Source: a virus
Lineage: Duplodnaviria > Caudoviricetes
IMG/VR virus record: IMGVR_UViG_3300021387_000688
Length of the DNA: 64,000 nucleotides
Direction: 5' to 3' (one strand)
The notes under the pieces were generated by a model, which ran no database searches, had not been told where the DNA came from, and saw only the letters and a list, made by a program, of their open reading frames with translations. The translations under genes and the position numbers were made by a program. Positions 31,097 to 41,846 of the stretch are shown here, piece after piece (position 1 is the stretch's first letter; every line of letters starts with the position of its first letter).

Positions 31097-31507
31097 TTAA
31101 TTAGTTTTTGGTGCAGATTCTTCTAACTTCTGTTTACCTGCTTTCTTTGCTGCAGGAGTGGGTATATAAGTAAGACATTGCAAAAACTTTACAAATTCCC
31201 CTACACTTGTTTCTACAATTTCTGGGTCTCCCGGCATTGCTACTTTTACAGTATTCTTAGAGTTGTATTTAATGAAACGATAAGTCTGTCCATGAGTCTT
31301 ATCCACTACATGCAATACATGCCTTATGTCGTCCCTGTTTCCAGAAGTTACTACATTACTTGTATGCAAGAATGCAAAATTACCTGACAATGCTTCTTCA
31401 TCTACTTCTGTTATTCCGTTAAAAATCTTCATATGTTTTCCTCCTACTTTCCAACTACGAAATCGATCTTTAAAATATCTACTTGTTATTAATGGTACTT
31501 TCTTCAT
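31097..31507 (-). CDS. hypothetical protein
   Basis: SD AGGAG. Confidence 0.75.
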   Translation of the reverse strand: MKKVPLITSRYFKDRFRSWKVGGKHMKIFNGITEVDEEALSGNFAFLHTSNVVTSGNRDDIRHVLHVVDKTHGQTYRFIKYNSKNTVKVAMPGDPEIVETSVGEFVKFLQCLTYIPTPAAKKAGKQKLEESAPKTN

Positions 31508-32495
31508 TTGTATCTCCTACGTCTTCGTACCAATCTGCTGCTTTGTTTACATAATAGGCAACCTTTCTCAAATCCTGGATTGCCTTCTCTCCTTTTGTTT
31601 TGGCTTTTTCATCCCCAAACTTTCTACCACAACGAAGTACATATTTTAATGCGTCTCCCATTGCCCAAGAAGCCCTAGGATTCAAATTCAAATATTCAAG
31701 GATTGAAGTAATAATTTCCCAAGCCTCTAATTCTACTACATTTCCATTTCTATCTTTCAAAGGAATGTTTTGATAATGAGGGGCCTTCTGTACAATCTCT
31801 CCTCCATCATTTTTTGTATAAGGTCTAACATCTGCGCCCGTTGAAATTTCGGCCTTCAAATCTGTAAAAGGATTTCCACCTTTATCTATACAATCTTTTA
31901 CCTGTTGCAAAGTTTTCTCATAAGAGAGTTCTTTTACTTTCTTTCTTTTTTCTTCTGCCATTGCCTTTGATTCCTCCATCGAGCAGGGTTCAAATCTTTT
32001 ACCATCATAAAATTCGCAAATGCCTTTATAATTTACACATCTATAAACTTTAGGGTCGTTATGCATTTCTAAGAAATAATGCTCCATGGTGTCAAGCATG
32101 CTTTTAATAAAAGCTTCCCCATAGGCTTCATCAAATCTGGCAGAATAGTTTTCATACAAGCATTTAACTACGTTGTAATTTAAAATCCATAAATTGCGCC
32201 AAGCTTCTTCTATACTAACCTTTTCATTAGGAAGTGGACTATCGAGGCAATGATTCATCCAATGGTTCAATTTCTTTTCCATGAATTGTCTAAAGCCTAT
32301 GGCATCTATTGGAGATAAGCATTTTAATATTTTTTCACTTGCTTCTATTAAATAAGAAGGTCTAGTATTGTCCCAGATTTCAAGTAAACTTCCGTAATTG
32401 TAAGTTGGTTTTGGAATAATTTTTTCTGGTACTTCCCAAGGATAACGTTGACCATAAAAAGTACAGATTACTTCTATATTATCTTCTTTTGACAT
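31479..32495 (-). CDS. DUF3310 (T7 gp1.7/SaV-like) domain protein
   Basis: APHY..EAWEII..GDALKYVLRCGRK..QDLRKVAYYV. Confidence 0.75.
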   Translation of the reverse strand: MSKEDNIEVICTFYGQRYPWEVPEKIIPKPTYNYGSLLEIWDNTRPSYLIEASEKILKCLSPIDAIGFRQFMEKKLNHWMNHCLDSPLPNEKVSIEEAWRNLWILNYNVVKCLYENYSARFDEAYGEAFIKSMLDTMEHYFLEMHNDPKVYRCVNYKGICEFYDGKRFEPCSMEESKAMAEEKRKKVKELSYEKTLQQVKDCIDKGGNPFTDLKAEISTGADVRPYTKNDGGEIVQKAPHYQNIPLKDRNGNVVELEAWEIITSILEYLNLNPRASWAMGDALKYVLRCGRKFGDEKAKTKGEKAIQDLRKVAYYVNKAADWYEDVGDTNEESTINNK

Positions 32496-32566
32496 AATAT
32501 TATTATAGAAAACATTTTTTACAAAAAGACGAAAATGTTGTTTCCAGGTTTGCCTATATTATTAAC

Positions 32567-32953
32567 ATGAGAAATATTTTTGCTAACAGAGTTTATGAAT
32601 TCAATCAAACAAAATTGCATCGCCGAGAAGTACAAAGAATTGCTAAAGAACTTGGCTATTCTTTCCCAATGCACGATTTTGTTAAAATGATTAACATCTT
32701 AATCTTTGGAGACAAAATTGCAACTAAACTTCATCGCCAGTTTTCATCTCATCATAAACATATGTACAGCGATGGAATAAATACATGGTACGATATTCCT
32801 AATAAAATTGAAGCTGCAATTGATTGGGAATCAGCTCGTTTTACAAAACCTGACAAGCCTCTCAATGCTTATGATACTTGGGTAAAATATTATCCAGATA
32901 TTCCAATGGAATCAACTTTAAGACTTTTAGGCTTTTGGCCGGAGGTAAAATAA
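32567..32953 (+). CDS. hypothetical, possibly HD-like protein (predicted leaderless)
   Basis: HD..HRQFSSHH..IDWES; CTATATT-N6-ATG. Confidence 0.7.
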   Translation: MRNIFANRVYEFNQTKLHRREVQRIAKELGYSFPMHDFVKMINILIFGDKIATKLHRQFSSHHKHMYSDGINTWYDIPNKIEAAIDWESARFTKPDKPLNAYDTWVKYYPDIPMESTLRLLGFWPEVK

Positions 32954-33105
32954 TGACTATTGTAATTTCAAAAGATAAAAACGGTAAGCAGGTATGTAAA
33001 TACAAAGCAGCCAATGGCTTGATTTTTAACTACAAAGATCACTGCATTATGTATGAAAATAAATACATGGTTTTCTATCCCTGTAAGAAAGGAAAGAATA
33101 AATGA
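32953..33105 (+). CDS. small hypothetical protein
   Basis: SD GGAGGT, TAATG overlap; start placed at ATG 32953. Confidence 0.6.
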   Translation: MTIVISKDKNGKQVCKYKAANGLIFNYKDHCIMYENKYMVFYPCKKGKNK

Positions 33106-33686
33106 GTAAAGAAATTCTATTAACAGTTTTACAATGGATGGCAACAATATTTGGATTGTTGCAGGGCCTCTTAATCCTCTTAAAAAGAAAGGAAAATTGG
33201 ACTTTCCTTTTAGCTCAAAGCGTGACTTATATGGTTTGGGCTTTGGGTTCTAATCTTTACGCAGATGTATTAGAACAAAGTGTTTACATTGTTCTTTCTA
33301 TTTTAGGATTTTCTATTTGGTATCAAAAGTTTAGAGGAAAATTCTTTGATACAAAAATACATCAAATAAGTTTTGCAAATGCAGTTGTAAGTACTGGTGT
33401 AATGGGAGTGTTGACTATAATCTTCTATTTCTGGTTGTTAAAAACAAATGACCCTTATCCAGAAATGGATGCAATTACAACTGTAATTGGATTCGTAGCT
33501 ACTTTCCTGATGGCTCGAAAGGTTGTAGAATGTTGGGTATTTTGGTTAGTAAGTGATATACTTGGATGTATAATTTATTTTGATATGGCGGCTCCAGGTT
33601 TAACTATCTTAAACTTTGTTTGGATATTTATGGCTATTGGTAGCTTCATAACTTGGTATAAGGCTTCAAAGGAGGTAAAAGAATGA
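33102..33686 (+). CDS. pnuC: PnuC family nucleoside/vitamin transporter
   Basis: 7 TM; PEMDAITTV..ATFLMARKVVECWVFWLVSD. Confidence 0.9.
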   Translation: MSKEILLTVLQWMATIFGLLQGLLILLKRKENWTFLLAQSVTYMVWALGSNLYADVLEQSVYIVLSILGFSIWYQKFRGKFFDTKIHQISFANAVVSTGVMGVLTIIFYFWLLKTNDPYPEMDAITTVIGFVATFLMARKVVECWVFWLVSDILGCIIYFDMAAPGLTILNFVWIFMAIGSFITWYKASKEVKE

Positions 33687-34195
33687 TAGTTTATTTCGGA
33701 GGAAAGTTTCCATTTCGTTATAAGGATTTTTCAAAAGAAGCTTTAGAACAAGACTATCGTGCAACTTTAATAGGTGTAGATAAATTGATGAATGAACCTT
33801 TGAACCATCCAGATGTTAAGCCTGGAGTAACTTATGCAGGTCCTTTCTATTTTTACGAGGATGGAATAACTGCAGATAAGGTAGTAGAAAGAGAGGCCTT
33901 TGCAGTTGCTAACGCAGATGCTTGTGTTTTCCTTTTAGACGACGATGCAGCTGTTCCTGGAACTGTTACAGAAATTATCAATGCTTCTATACATCATAAA
34001 GCTGTTTACATTTTCTATGTACGGAAGGATTTAGATAAAGGAGAACCAGAAAGAACTATTACTTCTCCTCTTTGGTATCCTATTTTATTTGCCAACAGAT
34101 TTAATAAAGATAGGACTTGGCTTTTTGCTTTTAATTCTTTTGAAGAAGCAAAAATATCATTGTTAAACTTTGTAAACGATTGCTTGGGGGCTTAA
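33683..34195 (+). CDS. nucleoside 2-deoxyribosyltransferase-like protein
   Basis: VYFGG, AGPF, ADACVF, PGTVTEI. Confidence 0.65.
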   Translation: MIVYFGGKFPFRYKDFSKEALEQDYRATLIGVDKLMNEPLNHPDVKPGVTYAGPFYFYEDGITADKVVEREAFAVANADACVFLLDDDAAVPGTVTEIINASIHHKAVYIFYVRKDLDKGEPERTITSPLWYPILFANRFNKDRTWLFAFNSFEEAKISLLNFVNDCLGA

Positions 34196-34660
34196 ATGAA
34201 TATTTATATTGCTTCACCTTTACATACACCTGAATGTAAAAAAGAAATTCAGACGGTTGTAGATTACTTAAGAAATAGAGGGGAAAATGTTTACGCCCCT
34301 ATGGAATTAAAAATTCCAAATGCTTGGGATTTACCTAATCAGGTTTGGGCTAAGAAAGTATACGATAATGACATTGCGCAATTAAATAAAGCAGATTTGA
34401 TTGTTTGTATTTATCGTGGCTTTAAGTTTGCTGGAGGTACAGGTACTGCTTGGGAACTTGGTTATGCAGTTGCTTCTGGAAAAGATGTAATTGTTCTTTG
34501 TACAGACATTGAATCTAAACAATCTTTAATGATTATTAACAGTGCTCTAGTTGTAGAGCCTTATGAAGATTATGAAAAGGCTTTTGAAGAATACCTTGAA
34601 TATAAGAAAGGCAATATCATGACGCCTTATATAAATCCTAGACTACAAGATCAGTCATAA
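34196..34660 (+). CDS. nucleoside 2-deoxyribosyltransferase/Rcl-like N-hydrolase
   Basis: IYIASP, NDIAQLNKAD, GTAWELGYAVASGK. Confidence 0.85.
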   Translation: MNIYIASPLHTPECKKEIQTVVDYLRNRGENVYAPMELKIPNAWDLPNQVWAKKVYDNDIAQLNKADLIVCIYRGFKFAGGTGTAWELGYAVASGKDVIVLCTDIESKQSLMIINSALVVEPYEDYEKAFEEYLEYKKGNIMTPYINPRLQDQS

Positions 34661-34664
34661 AAAT

Positions 34665-34689
34665 AGCCTCCTAGAAATAGGAGGCTTTT
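34665..34689. terminator. bidirectional intrinsic terminator
   Basis: AGCCTCCTA-gaaa-TAGGAGGCTTTT. Confidence 0.9.
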
Positions 34690-34707
34690 ATTTTACCTAT
34701 TTAAGAA

Positions 34708-36288
34708 TTATGCACATACACGAGGGATTACATACATTCTTACCCATTTAGAAATCAACTTCTTCATCATATTGTCTTTTACTGTTGGATCTGCATCGTT
34801 GATACCAGTACCTGTTTCTTCAAACAAAGCGTCATCTACCAATCCTAAATATGCATCTGTTAAGTCAGATACTAAACGGAACTCAAGACCACCCTTCTTA
34901 AGAGTTATTCTCTTTCCGAAGATTGACAATCTCTTGTTTGCAGCTTCAATGATGTTTGTCATTGCTAACATGATAAGAGCTTTTGTATTGCTAATATCTT
35001 CTGGGTTCCATGCACCCTTAATTTCGATCTTTGCAATGATGTCTCCTAAACGAATCATATACTCTTCTGGAGTAAGGTGTAATTCATAGTAGTCACATCT
35101 TGAAAGGATGGCTGGGTTAACCTGAGTTGTTACCAAGTTAGATACGAAAATGATCTGTGCGTTGTAGTCCCAATCTGAAGGAAGTTTTTCCTTATCTACA
35201 GTATCCAACATTGTTTCTTCGTCACTATCTTCATTTCCACCAAAGTCCAAATCTAAGTCTAAATCTGCATCTTCATCTTCTGCTTCGAAAAGTTTGTTAC
35301 CTTTGTGAGCTGCATTTTCTTTCATAGCATCAAGGAACTTCTGAGCTTTAGCTTGAATAGTTGGAGAAATATGTACGTGGTGTCTATCTGGGTCCATTGC
35401 ACCCTTCAACATGTTAGATACGTTCATATCAACGTCTCTCATGATCATTGTATCACAGTCGTCCAAAATTACAACGTCTTTATCTTTTGTAGTCCACAAG
35501 AAGTAAGCTACAGCTGACTGGTTTGTACCAATAGAACCTGTAATGGTTTCTGTGTCGCCCATTCCCAATTTGTCAAGTGTTTCACGCAAGATATAAGATT
35601 TACCAATACCTGCATCACCCATCAACAAGAAGTAGTTCTTAGAAGATTTCTTCTGTAATACTCTTCTTAATTTACCATTGATAGAACGATACTTATCTCT
35701 TACTGCATCTGCTGCGTTGTAAGCAATTTCAGTACCTGCATCAATCATATCCATGAAACTCCTAAGAGATTCAGATGGTTCTTCTACTGGAGCTACTGGT
35801 TCGAATATCTTAGCTGCGGCGGTTGCTCCATTTGAATACTGACGATACTTTGTATTGAATGTGCCTCTTGGTGTGTTAGCGGCTGCGTCATCTCTTCCAT
35901 TCTGCTGACACCAATCAAGGAAGTCTTCATAAGACTGAGCTCCGCCCTGTGCAATATAAGCTTTAACAGCTTCAGATGTTCCTACACCTTCTTTCAAAGC
36001 TCTGCTTCTTTTTACAGATTCTGCCAATTCACCTGTTGTATCATCAAGATCGTCTTCACTTACATCCATCTCAATGTTTGCATCTGTAAAGAATTCATTT
36101 GGAACTGGTGGAAGGTCCATAGTCTGGATGTTATCCAAAAGTTCACGAGCTGGCTTAACGAGTTCAGCGAATGTTAAGTTTTCACCTTCAGATTCCCTGA
36201 TAAGTCTCTTAGCTCTCTTTACAGCTTCTTTATAATTCTTGAGACCTAACTTTTTCAAGTTTGTGTTTTTATTTTTAGTTACTCTCAT
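34708..36288 (-). CDS. AAA+ ATPase with N-terminal x-x-E cleavage-like motifs
   Basis: Walker A GDAGIGKS, Walker B VVILDDCD, IIFVSN, AILSRC; LIRES, LAES, LKEG. Confidence 0.8.
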   Translation of the reverse strand: MRVTKNKNTNLKKLGLKNYKEAVKRAKRLIRESEGENLTFAELVKPARELLDNIQTMDLPPVPNEFFTDANIEMDVSEDDLDDTTGELAESVKRSRALKEGVGTSEAVKAYIAQGGAQSYEDFLDWCQQNGRDDAAANTPRGTFNTKYRQYSNGATAAAKIFEPVAPVEEPSESLRSFMDMIDAGTEIAYNAADAVRDKYRSINGKLRRVLQKKSSKNYFLLMGDAGIGKSYILRETLDKLGMGDTETITGSIGTNQSAVAYFLWTTKDKDVVILDDCDTMIMRDVDMNVSNMLKGAMDPDRHHVHISPTIQAKAQKFLDAMKENAAHKGNKLFEAEDEDADLDLDLDFGGNEDSDEETMLDTVDKEKLPSDWDYNAQIIFVSNLVTTQVNPAILSRCDYYELHLTPEEYMIRLGDIIAKIEIKGAWNPEDISNTKALIMLAMTNIIEAANKRLSIFGKRITLKKGGLEFRLVSDLTDAYLGLVDDALFEETGTGINDADPTVKDNMMKKLISKWVRMYVIPRVCA

Positions 36289-36345
36289 TTCGATTCTCCT
36301 TAAAATCCTTTTTAATCTAAAAGTTGGCTTTCGCCAACTTTTTTA

Positions 36346-38640
36346 TTATCTGAACATCTCTGCTAAGCTCTCAGGAGCATCGCCGCGGTTGTTATTGATG
36401 CTTTCGCGTTCAATTTCAGCTTCTTCGCTCAACAAGTCGTTAGAGAACAAGTACTTGTCCTGAGCTTCTCTTAATGTCTTAGAGTTTCCGATGGACTCTT
36501 TCAACTCTGCATTTCCGTCAATTCTATCAAGGAATGTAGAGATTTCATCTGACTCTTTGAACAAGTTGTCTCCGTGGAGTGTTGCACCATCGATTGTATG
36601 AAGTGCCCTTCTTTCATTTCTTTCGGCAATCTTTCTAGCACGGTTCATGTGATCAAGACGAGCTTCACTTACTTTCTGTTTTGCACCAGATACTCTAACT
36701 TTAGAGCTCAATTGTTCAATTGTCTTATCTGCTTCTTCAAGCAAAGACTGTAATTGTTCATTCTGTTCTCTAAGCTTTCTGTTCTTTGCGATAACATCAT
36801 TTTTAGCTCTTTCAGCCAAGATTCTATCGTGATTTGCAGTTTTCAAAGACTCGCTCATTTCATTCAACTTAGATCTTAAATTATTAACTCTTGTTGTAGC
36901 CTTGTCTAAGCTTTCATGTAATTCAACGTTTTTCTTTCCAGTAGAGATTGCAGAAAGATGAGCCTTTCTCAATTTCTCATTAAGAGTAGATTCTACATCT
37001 TTGAAGTTCTTTACAGATTCCTGCAAGCCCTTGTTCTTTGATTTCAACTCTTTGATTTCATTTTCCTGGATGTAGTTTTCTTTAGCTTCTTCAGTCATTG
37101 AGTTTACTTTGTCTTCATAAAGTGCCTTATACTTTTCAGCTTCTTTTGTAGCCTTATTCAAACACTCTTCCAAAGCTCCAAAGTCTTCAATCTTTTCTCT
37201 AATACCATGTAACTTAGAAAGATTAGAGATTTCTAATTCTTCACAAAGTTCACGTGCTTCAAAACCTTCCTGAATAGCTTTAGAAGTATCTTTCATAATA
37301 GAGTCAATTGTATTCTGGATTGTTTCGTTCAATGTCTTCTTAGATTTAACTCCAAGAGATTCTTTCTTCAATTTTGCAATTAATGATTCTAATTCATTAA
37401 TCTTTTCTTCCCACAATTTATTAGACTTCTGCCCGATAGTCTTAACTGCTTCATTATAGTGGTCTACAAGAAGTTGTTCAGAAAGAGTTGTTTCCTCTTC
37501 TTCAGATTCTTCCTCATCGCCATCGTCGCCATCGTCGCTATCCTCATCGTCTTCAGGATCGTCTTCTTCTAACTTCTGACCTTTGTCTTTTGGCTCGTCA
37601 TCGTCATCAGAGTTTTCTTCAACTTCTTCGTCATCGTCATCTGTATCATAAACATCTTCTGGAATTTCTACAGACTTAACTCCATCGAATTTTTCAGATT
37701 CTTCACCTACATAGTGATCTTCAAATTCGCCAACATCGATCTCTTCGAAATCATCTGCATCATCTTTATTCTTAAGTTTATCTTTCAAAACGTCTTTAAC
37801 GTCATCGAAGCTCTCAAATTCTTTTGTAGAGTCGTCATCGAAAGTAATCTTGAATACAGATTCATTAAGAGGCTTTTTTGTACTCTCAGTTACTTTAGTT
37901 TTCATATTATTATTCTCCTTTGATTCTCTTTTATAAACAAGATCTTTATGATCTCCATAAACACCTTGGCTTGGATTTAATACTAAATCTGCCAATCTTT
38001 CAATTTCATAATCATTTGGATCTACTGTGATTCCGTCTGCTAAGAAATCGCCATAACCTGAAGAACTAAAACCAATACGTCCACCGCGAGCGATAATCTG
38101 TAATGCAAGTTCTCCTCCAAGACCTACAAATGAACCGATACCATATACTATGCCAGCTTCTTCATCAATGAAGGCGTCCAACCAAACAATTGACTGTAAC
38201 ATAAAGTCACCGTCATCATCGTCTGCAGGATGGTTTGCTAATCCTGTTCCGCCTTTCCAGATGTCTTTCTGTTTCTCTATTACGTTCTTCCACAAGTCAA
38301 GACCATATACACGACCATTAAGGTTTGGTTCTTCTTTTGTATTAATCTTAGATACAGGGAATTGCCATAATTGGAAATCAACATCCAAGCCTTGAGACAT
38401 CAAATCTTGAACAATACTATCTGCTACTGAAGGGTCTAGTTCAGACTCTTTCAACAAAGTAGATTCGCGCAGAGTTTTTCTAAGAGCATCTGGATTAACA
38501 GATTCCCTTAAAGACTTCTTTTTAGAAGTACCCATTGTCTGTTTGAAGGATTCTACAAGAGGTTGATATTTAGGCTCGTTGGTAACGTTCTTATAGAGGG
38601 AACGAGGGAATGAACACCTTTCTACCAAGTGTTGTCTCAT
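36346..38640 (-). CDS. T4 gp21-like prohead core protease fused to acidic/coiled-coil scaffold
   Basis: NLNGRVYG, NHP, IGFSSSGYG, DLVLNPS; long coiled-coil C-terminus. Confidence 0.85.
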   Translation of the reverse strand: MRQHLVERCSFPRSLYKNVTNEPKYQPLVESFKQTMGTSKKKSLRESVNPDALRKTLRESTLLKESELDPSVADSIVQDLMSQGLDVDFQLWQFPVSKINTKEEPNLNGRVYGLDLWKNVIEKQKDIWKGGTGLANHPADDDDGDFMLQSIVWLDAFIDEEAGIVYGIGSFVGLGGELALQIIARGGRIGFSSSGYGDFLADGITVDPNDYEIERLADLVLNPSQGVYGDHKDLVYKRESKENNNMKTKVTESTKKPLNESVFKITFDDDSTKEFESFDDVKDVLKDKLKNKDDADDFEEIDVGEFEDHYVGEESEKFDGVKSVEIPEDVYDTDDDDEEVEENSDDDDEPKDKGQKLEEDDPEDDEDSDDGDDGDEEESEEEETTLSEQLLVDHYNEAVKTIGQKSNKLWEEKINELESLIAKLKKESLGVKSKKTLNETIQNTIDSIMKDTSKAIQEGFEARELCEELEISNLSKLHGIREKIEDFGALEECLNKATKEAEKYKALYEDKVNSMTEEAKENYIQENEIKELKSKNKGLQESVKNFKDVESTLNEKLRKAHLSAISTGKKNVELHESLDKATTRVNNLRSKLNEMSESLKTANHDRILAERAKNDVIAKNRKLREQNEQLQSLLEEADKTIEQLSSKVRVSGAKQKVSEARLDHMNRARKIAERNERRALHTIDGATLHGDNLFKESDEISTFLDRIDGNAELKESIGNSKTLREAQDKYLFSNDLLSEEAEIERESINNNRGDAPESLAEMFR

Positions 38641-38738
38641 TATATTACCTATAGACTATTGTACGTTGAATTTCTCGAATACATCGGATATTACAATATT
38701 AAATTAATTAGCGCAATGATTCTATAACTAAATAATTC

Positions 38739-39263
38739 ATGTACGAAAGCATAGAAGTTGAACAAGTTCATACCATGAGGCCTATTAATCCTGTTTGGGA
38801 AATGAAACAAACTATGAAGACTTTTGAAGAATTACCGACCAATTTAGTTTATAAAGCCGTTACTACTTCTAAATGTGGTTTAGGAAAAACTCAAGGGCAG
38901 AAAGGAGAGTACCATGGAATGTATTTTGATAGCTATTGGGAGTTTGCTTTCTATTTATACTTCTGTGAAATTAAAGGACATTCAGTTGTAAGAAATACTC
39001 AAGACTCTTTTGAATATATAGATGAGAGTGGTAAAGCCGCTAGGTTCTTTCCTGACTTTAAAGTTGATGGGGCCTATCATGAAATAAAAGGTATTTACAG
39101 ACCTAATGATATGTTAAAAAGAGATGCTACTATTGGTTTAGTAACTTTCTGGGGGCCTCAAGAAATGAGACCTATCTTAAAAGCTGTTTATGCTTATGAC
39201 CCGAAGTGGAAAGAAAGATATCAAACAGTATTGCCTCATAAAATTGCTTATGGTAAAAAATAA
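38739..39263 (+). CDS. TnsA-N/PD-(D/E)XK endonuclease (T4 gp4 head-completion-like)
   Basis: FDSYWE..FFPDF..HEIKG. Confidence 0.65.
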   Translation: MYESIEVEQVHTMRPINPVWEMKQTMKTFEELPTNLVYKAVTTSKCGLGKTQGQKGEYHGMYFDSYWEFAFYLYFCEIKGHSVVRNTQDSFEYIDESGKAARFFPDFKVDGAYHEIKGIYRPNDMLKRDATIGLVTFWGPQEMRPILKAVYAYDPKWKERYQTVLPHKIAYGKK

Positions 39264-39284
39264 GGGAGCTATTCGCTCCCTTTT
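39262..39284. terminator. intrinsic terminator
   Basis: AAGGGAGC-tattc-GCTCCCTTTT. Confidence 0.85.
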
Positions 39285-39287
39285 ATT

Positions 39288-41846
39288 TTATGCTATTTCA
39301 CAACAAGCATATTCGTAACAATCTTCAATTGGTACATCTGCATGTTCTCTTCGTGCTTCATAGTCTGCCATTCTTGATTGTGCAGCTCCTGTATTTGCAT
39401 CTCCGATATATCCGCATACACGACGCCTAATGAACATTTGAGAGGTATCTCTGTTTCTACATGCTGGACATTCCCAAACACGTTTACCATTATCTTTTAC
39501 AAGTTTGATTACTCCTCTAAATCCACAACGATAACAAATATCTCTCTTTACATTAATCTCGCAATAAAGGATGTGGTCGTACATAAAGCTTACCATGTCT
39601 TCTACAGCTTTCAAGTTGTTAGACATGTCTGGCAATTCAATATAAGAAATTGCACCACCAGTTGACTTATCCATCATCTTTGATTCTATACAGATCTTGT
39701 CTGCCCAAAGAACATTTGCAGCTGGGTCAATATGATAACTATTAGTTACATAATCGTGATCTGTAACACCTTCTACTACACCGAAGTCTCTCTTCAATGC
39801 ATCGCTAAACTTCTGTACCAAATTCTCTTCTGGAGTACCATATGTAGAAGTGTTCAACCATGAATTAGGATCTTTAGGGTCCATCAATCTTGTATGCCAT
39901 TCCTCATGTTTCTTATTGAAGAAGTTTAAGATTTCATTTGCAAATGACTGATCTTCTGTAAGTTTCTTTCCTGTCATGTAAAGTTGTGTTTCCCACAAAC
40001 CTACATATCCTAAAGAATAAGTACAGCGTGGACCTACAATAAAATGATTCCAATTTTCATTATCTTGTAATCTCATCAATCCACCAAATTGTCTCAACAT
40101 TGGAGCAGCATCACTTGGCGCATCTTTCAATGATTCGTATCTCTTTACTAAAGCTCTATAAGCAAGTTCACAACGTTGATCAAGTATTCTCCAGAACTCG
40201 GCTTTGTTACCATGAGACTCAAGTGCAATGTGAGGAATATTTAATGTTACTACACCGCCATTAAATGCTCCCCAGAACTTAGGTCTACATACGAGTTTGA
40301 TTCTACCATTCTCTTCTTCGAAGTGATCAATCTCGTTAACGTCTCCCTTATAGTAACCTTCATTTCTTAAGAACATTCTATACTTAAGGCCTTTTGGATC
40401 TGTCTTAGAAAGTTCATAAAGACCCTTAACGGTAATTACATCTTTATAACCTCTGTTAAACTTAACTGTTTCATCGTCATAAAGTGCAGGAGGGGTAAAC
40501 TGAGTAAAGAAACTTCTACAACCCATACATGGCCAAGAGTAATCTACGTGTTTAACTTTCTTTTGAATTTTTGAAGAAATAAAATCTGGTGCCATTGTTT
40601 TAGCAGCACTTTCTGCAGCCAACTTTGTCAAGTACCAATTTGGAGTACCTTCCTGATAGTTACTCTCATCCAAGAAGTAAAGTAATTTAGGGAATACAAC
40701 AGGCACAAGATTTCCATGCCTATCAGGCAATCCTTTAATGCGCTGTCTTAAAACTTCTTCAAATACTTTCTTAGTATCTTCTTCCCATTGTTTGTCCCCT
40801 TCACAATCTTCAAGATTCATAGACATTGAAATGAAAGGAGTCTGTCCATTAGAACAAAGAATAGTAAGTACTTGGTACTGGAATGTTTTAACACCGTTTG
40901 CAATTTCACGGTTAACTCTAATTTCAACTCTATGTTTAAATTTATTTAACCTGTTTTCTGGAATCTTATTAGCCAAGATTTCATAAACTTGATCTACTGT
41001 AATATCATCAATGTTATAAGACAATACTTCATATTGATCGATATCCCCTTCATACATATCGTACTTAGGCCCAATAATAAAGAAGTCTTCCAATTCACCT
41101 TCATCCAAAAGTTCATTGATAAATCTCATACGAGAAATGTTTACAGATTTTGCAATATGAGCCCAAGACATTGTTTGCCCCCCATATTGCTGTCCAGATA
41201 CTTGTGGCGCAACTTGAGAAGCTAAAGTACAATCTGTTACGAAACCTTTAGTTGTTCTATGGATAGGAGTACCATTTAATTCAAAACCATTTTCGAAGGC
41301 ATCTTTCATGTAAACTAAACAACAGTTTGACATCTTCTGTAAAGGAGAATAGTCCATGTCATGCCAATGTATGATACCTTTATTATGAGCTTCTACTATA
41401 TCTTTTGGCAATTTCTTTTTACCAATTGATTTACAACATTCTCCTGCAATATAATCTCTCTGAACGGAAAGTACACGAGGATTTTTATTTGCATTATCCT
41501 GCTTAACTGCCTCGTTTGTGTAATCACAGGTAGTCATTATCTTTTCTTCTGTTTCTGTATATTTCTTTTGAGCTTTCTTATTTTCACGGAATGTAATAAA
41601 TGAATTTGCAACTTCGAAATAGTTGAAATTCATAAAAGCGTCCCTAATCTTATCTTGAATAGTTTCTACAGAAACTGTACCAAATTGGGAAAGAGATTTC
41701 ATTACGAAATCAAACACTTCTTGTATTTTTTCATCTGATGGGATTCTATCCGTACCTAGAACTGAATTATTTGCGAGACGGATTACTCGCATGATTTTTT
41801 CGGCAGAGAAGTCCTCTTCTTGCCCATTGCGTTTAATTATTTTCAT
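39288..41846 (-). CDS. nrdD: class III anaerobic ribonucleoside-triphosphate reductase
   Basis: ATP cone IIKRNG, HWHDMDY, NCCL, QYGGQT, CMGCRS, YVTNSYH, RRVCGYIG. Confidence 0.97.
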   Translation of the reverse strand: MKIIKRNGQEEDFSAEKIMRVIRLANNSVLGTDRIPSDEKIQEVFDFVMKSLSQFGTVSVETIQDKIRDAFMNFNYFEVANSFITFRENKKAQKKYTETEEKIMTTCDYTNEAVKQDNANKNPRVLSVQRDYIAGECCKSIGKKKLPKDIVEAHNKGIIHWHDMDYSPLQKMSNCCLVYMKDAFENGFELNGTPIHRTTKGFVTDCTLASQVAPQVSGQQYGGQTMSWAHIAKSVNISRMRFINELLDEGELEDFFIIGPKYDMYEGDIDQYEVLSYNIDDITVDQVYEILANKIPENRLNKFKHRVEIRVNREIANGVKTFQYQVLTILCSNGQTPFISMSMNLEDCEGDKQWEEDTKKVFEEVLRQRIKGLPDRHGNLVPVVFPKLLYFLDESNYQEGTPNWYLTKLAAESAAKTMAPDFISSKIQKKVKHVDYSWPCMGCRSFFTQFTPPALYDDETVKFNRGYKDVITVKGLYELSKTDPKGLKYRMFLRNEGYYKGDVNEIDHFEEENGRIKLVCRPKFWGAFNGGVVTLNIPHIALESHGNKAEFWRILDQRCELAYRALVKRYESLKDAPSDAAPMLRQFGGLMRLQDNENWNHFIVGPRCTYSLGYVGLWETQLYMTGKKLTEDQSFANEILNFFNKKHEEWHTRLMDPKDPNSWLNTSTYGTPEENLVQKFSDALKRDFGVVEGVTDHDYVTNSYHIDPAANVLWADKICIESKMMDKSTGGAISYIELPDMSNNLKAVEDMVSFMYDHILYCEINVKRDICYRCGFRGVIKLVKDNGKRVWECPACRNRDTSQMFIRRRVCGYIGDANTGAAQSRMADYEARREHADVPIEDCYEYACCEIA

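Noticed and set aside
39288-41846. Intein or intron in nrdD
   Set aside because: The ORF is continuous; insertions are short and lack intein terminal motifs.
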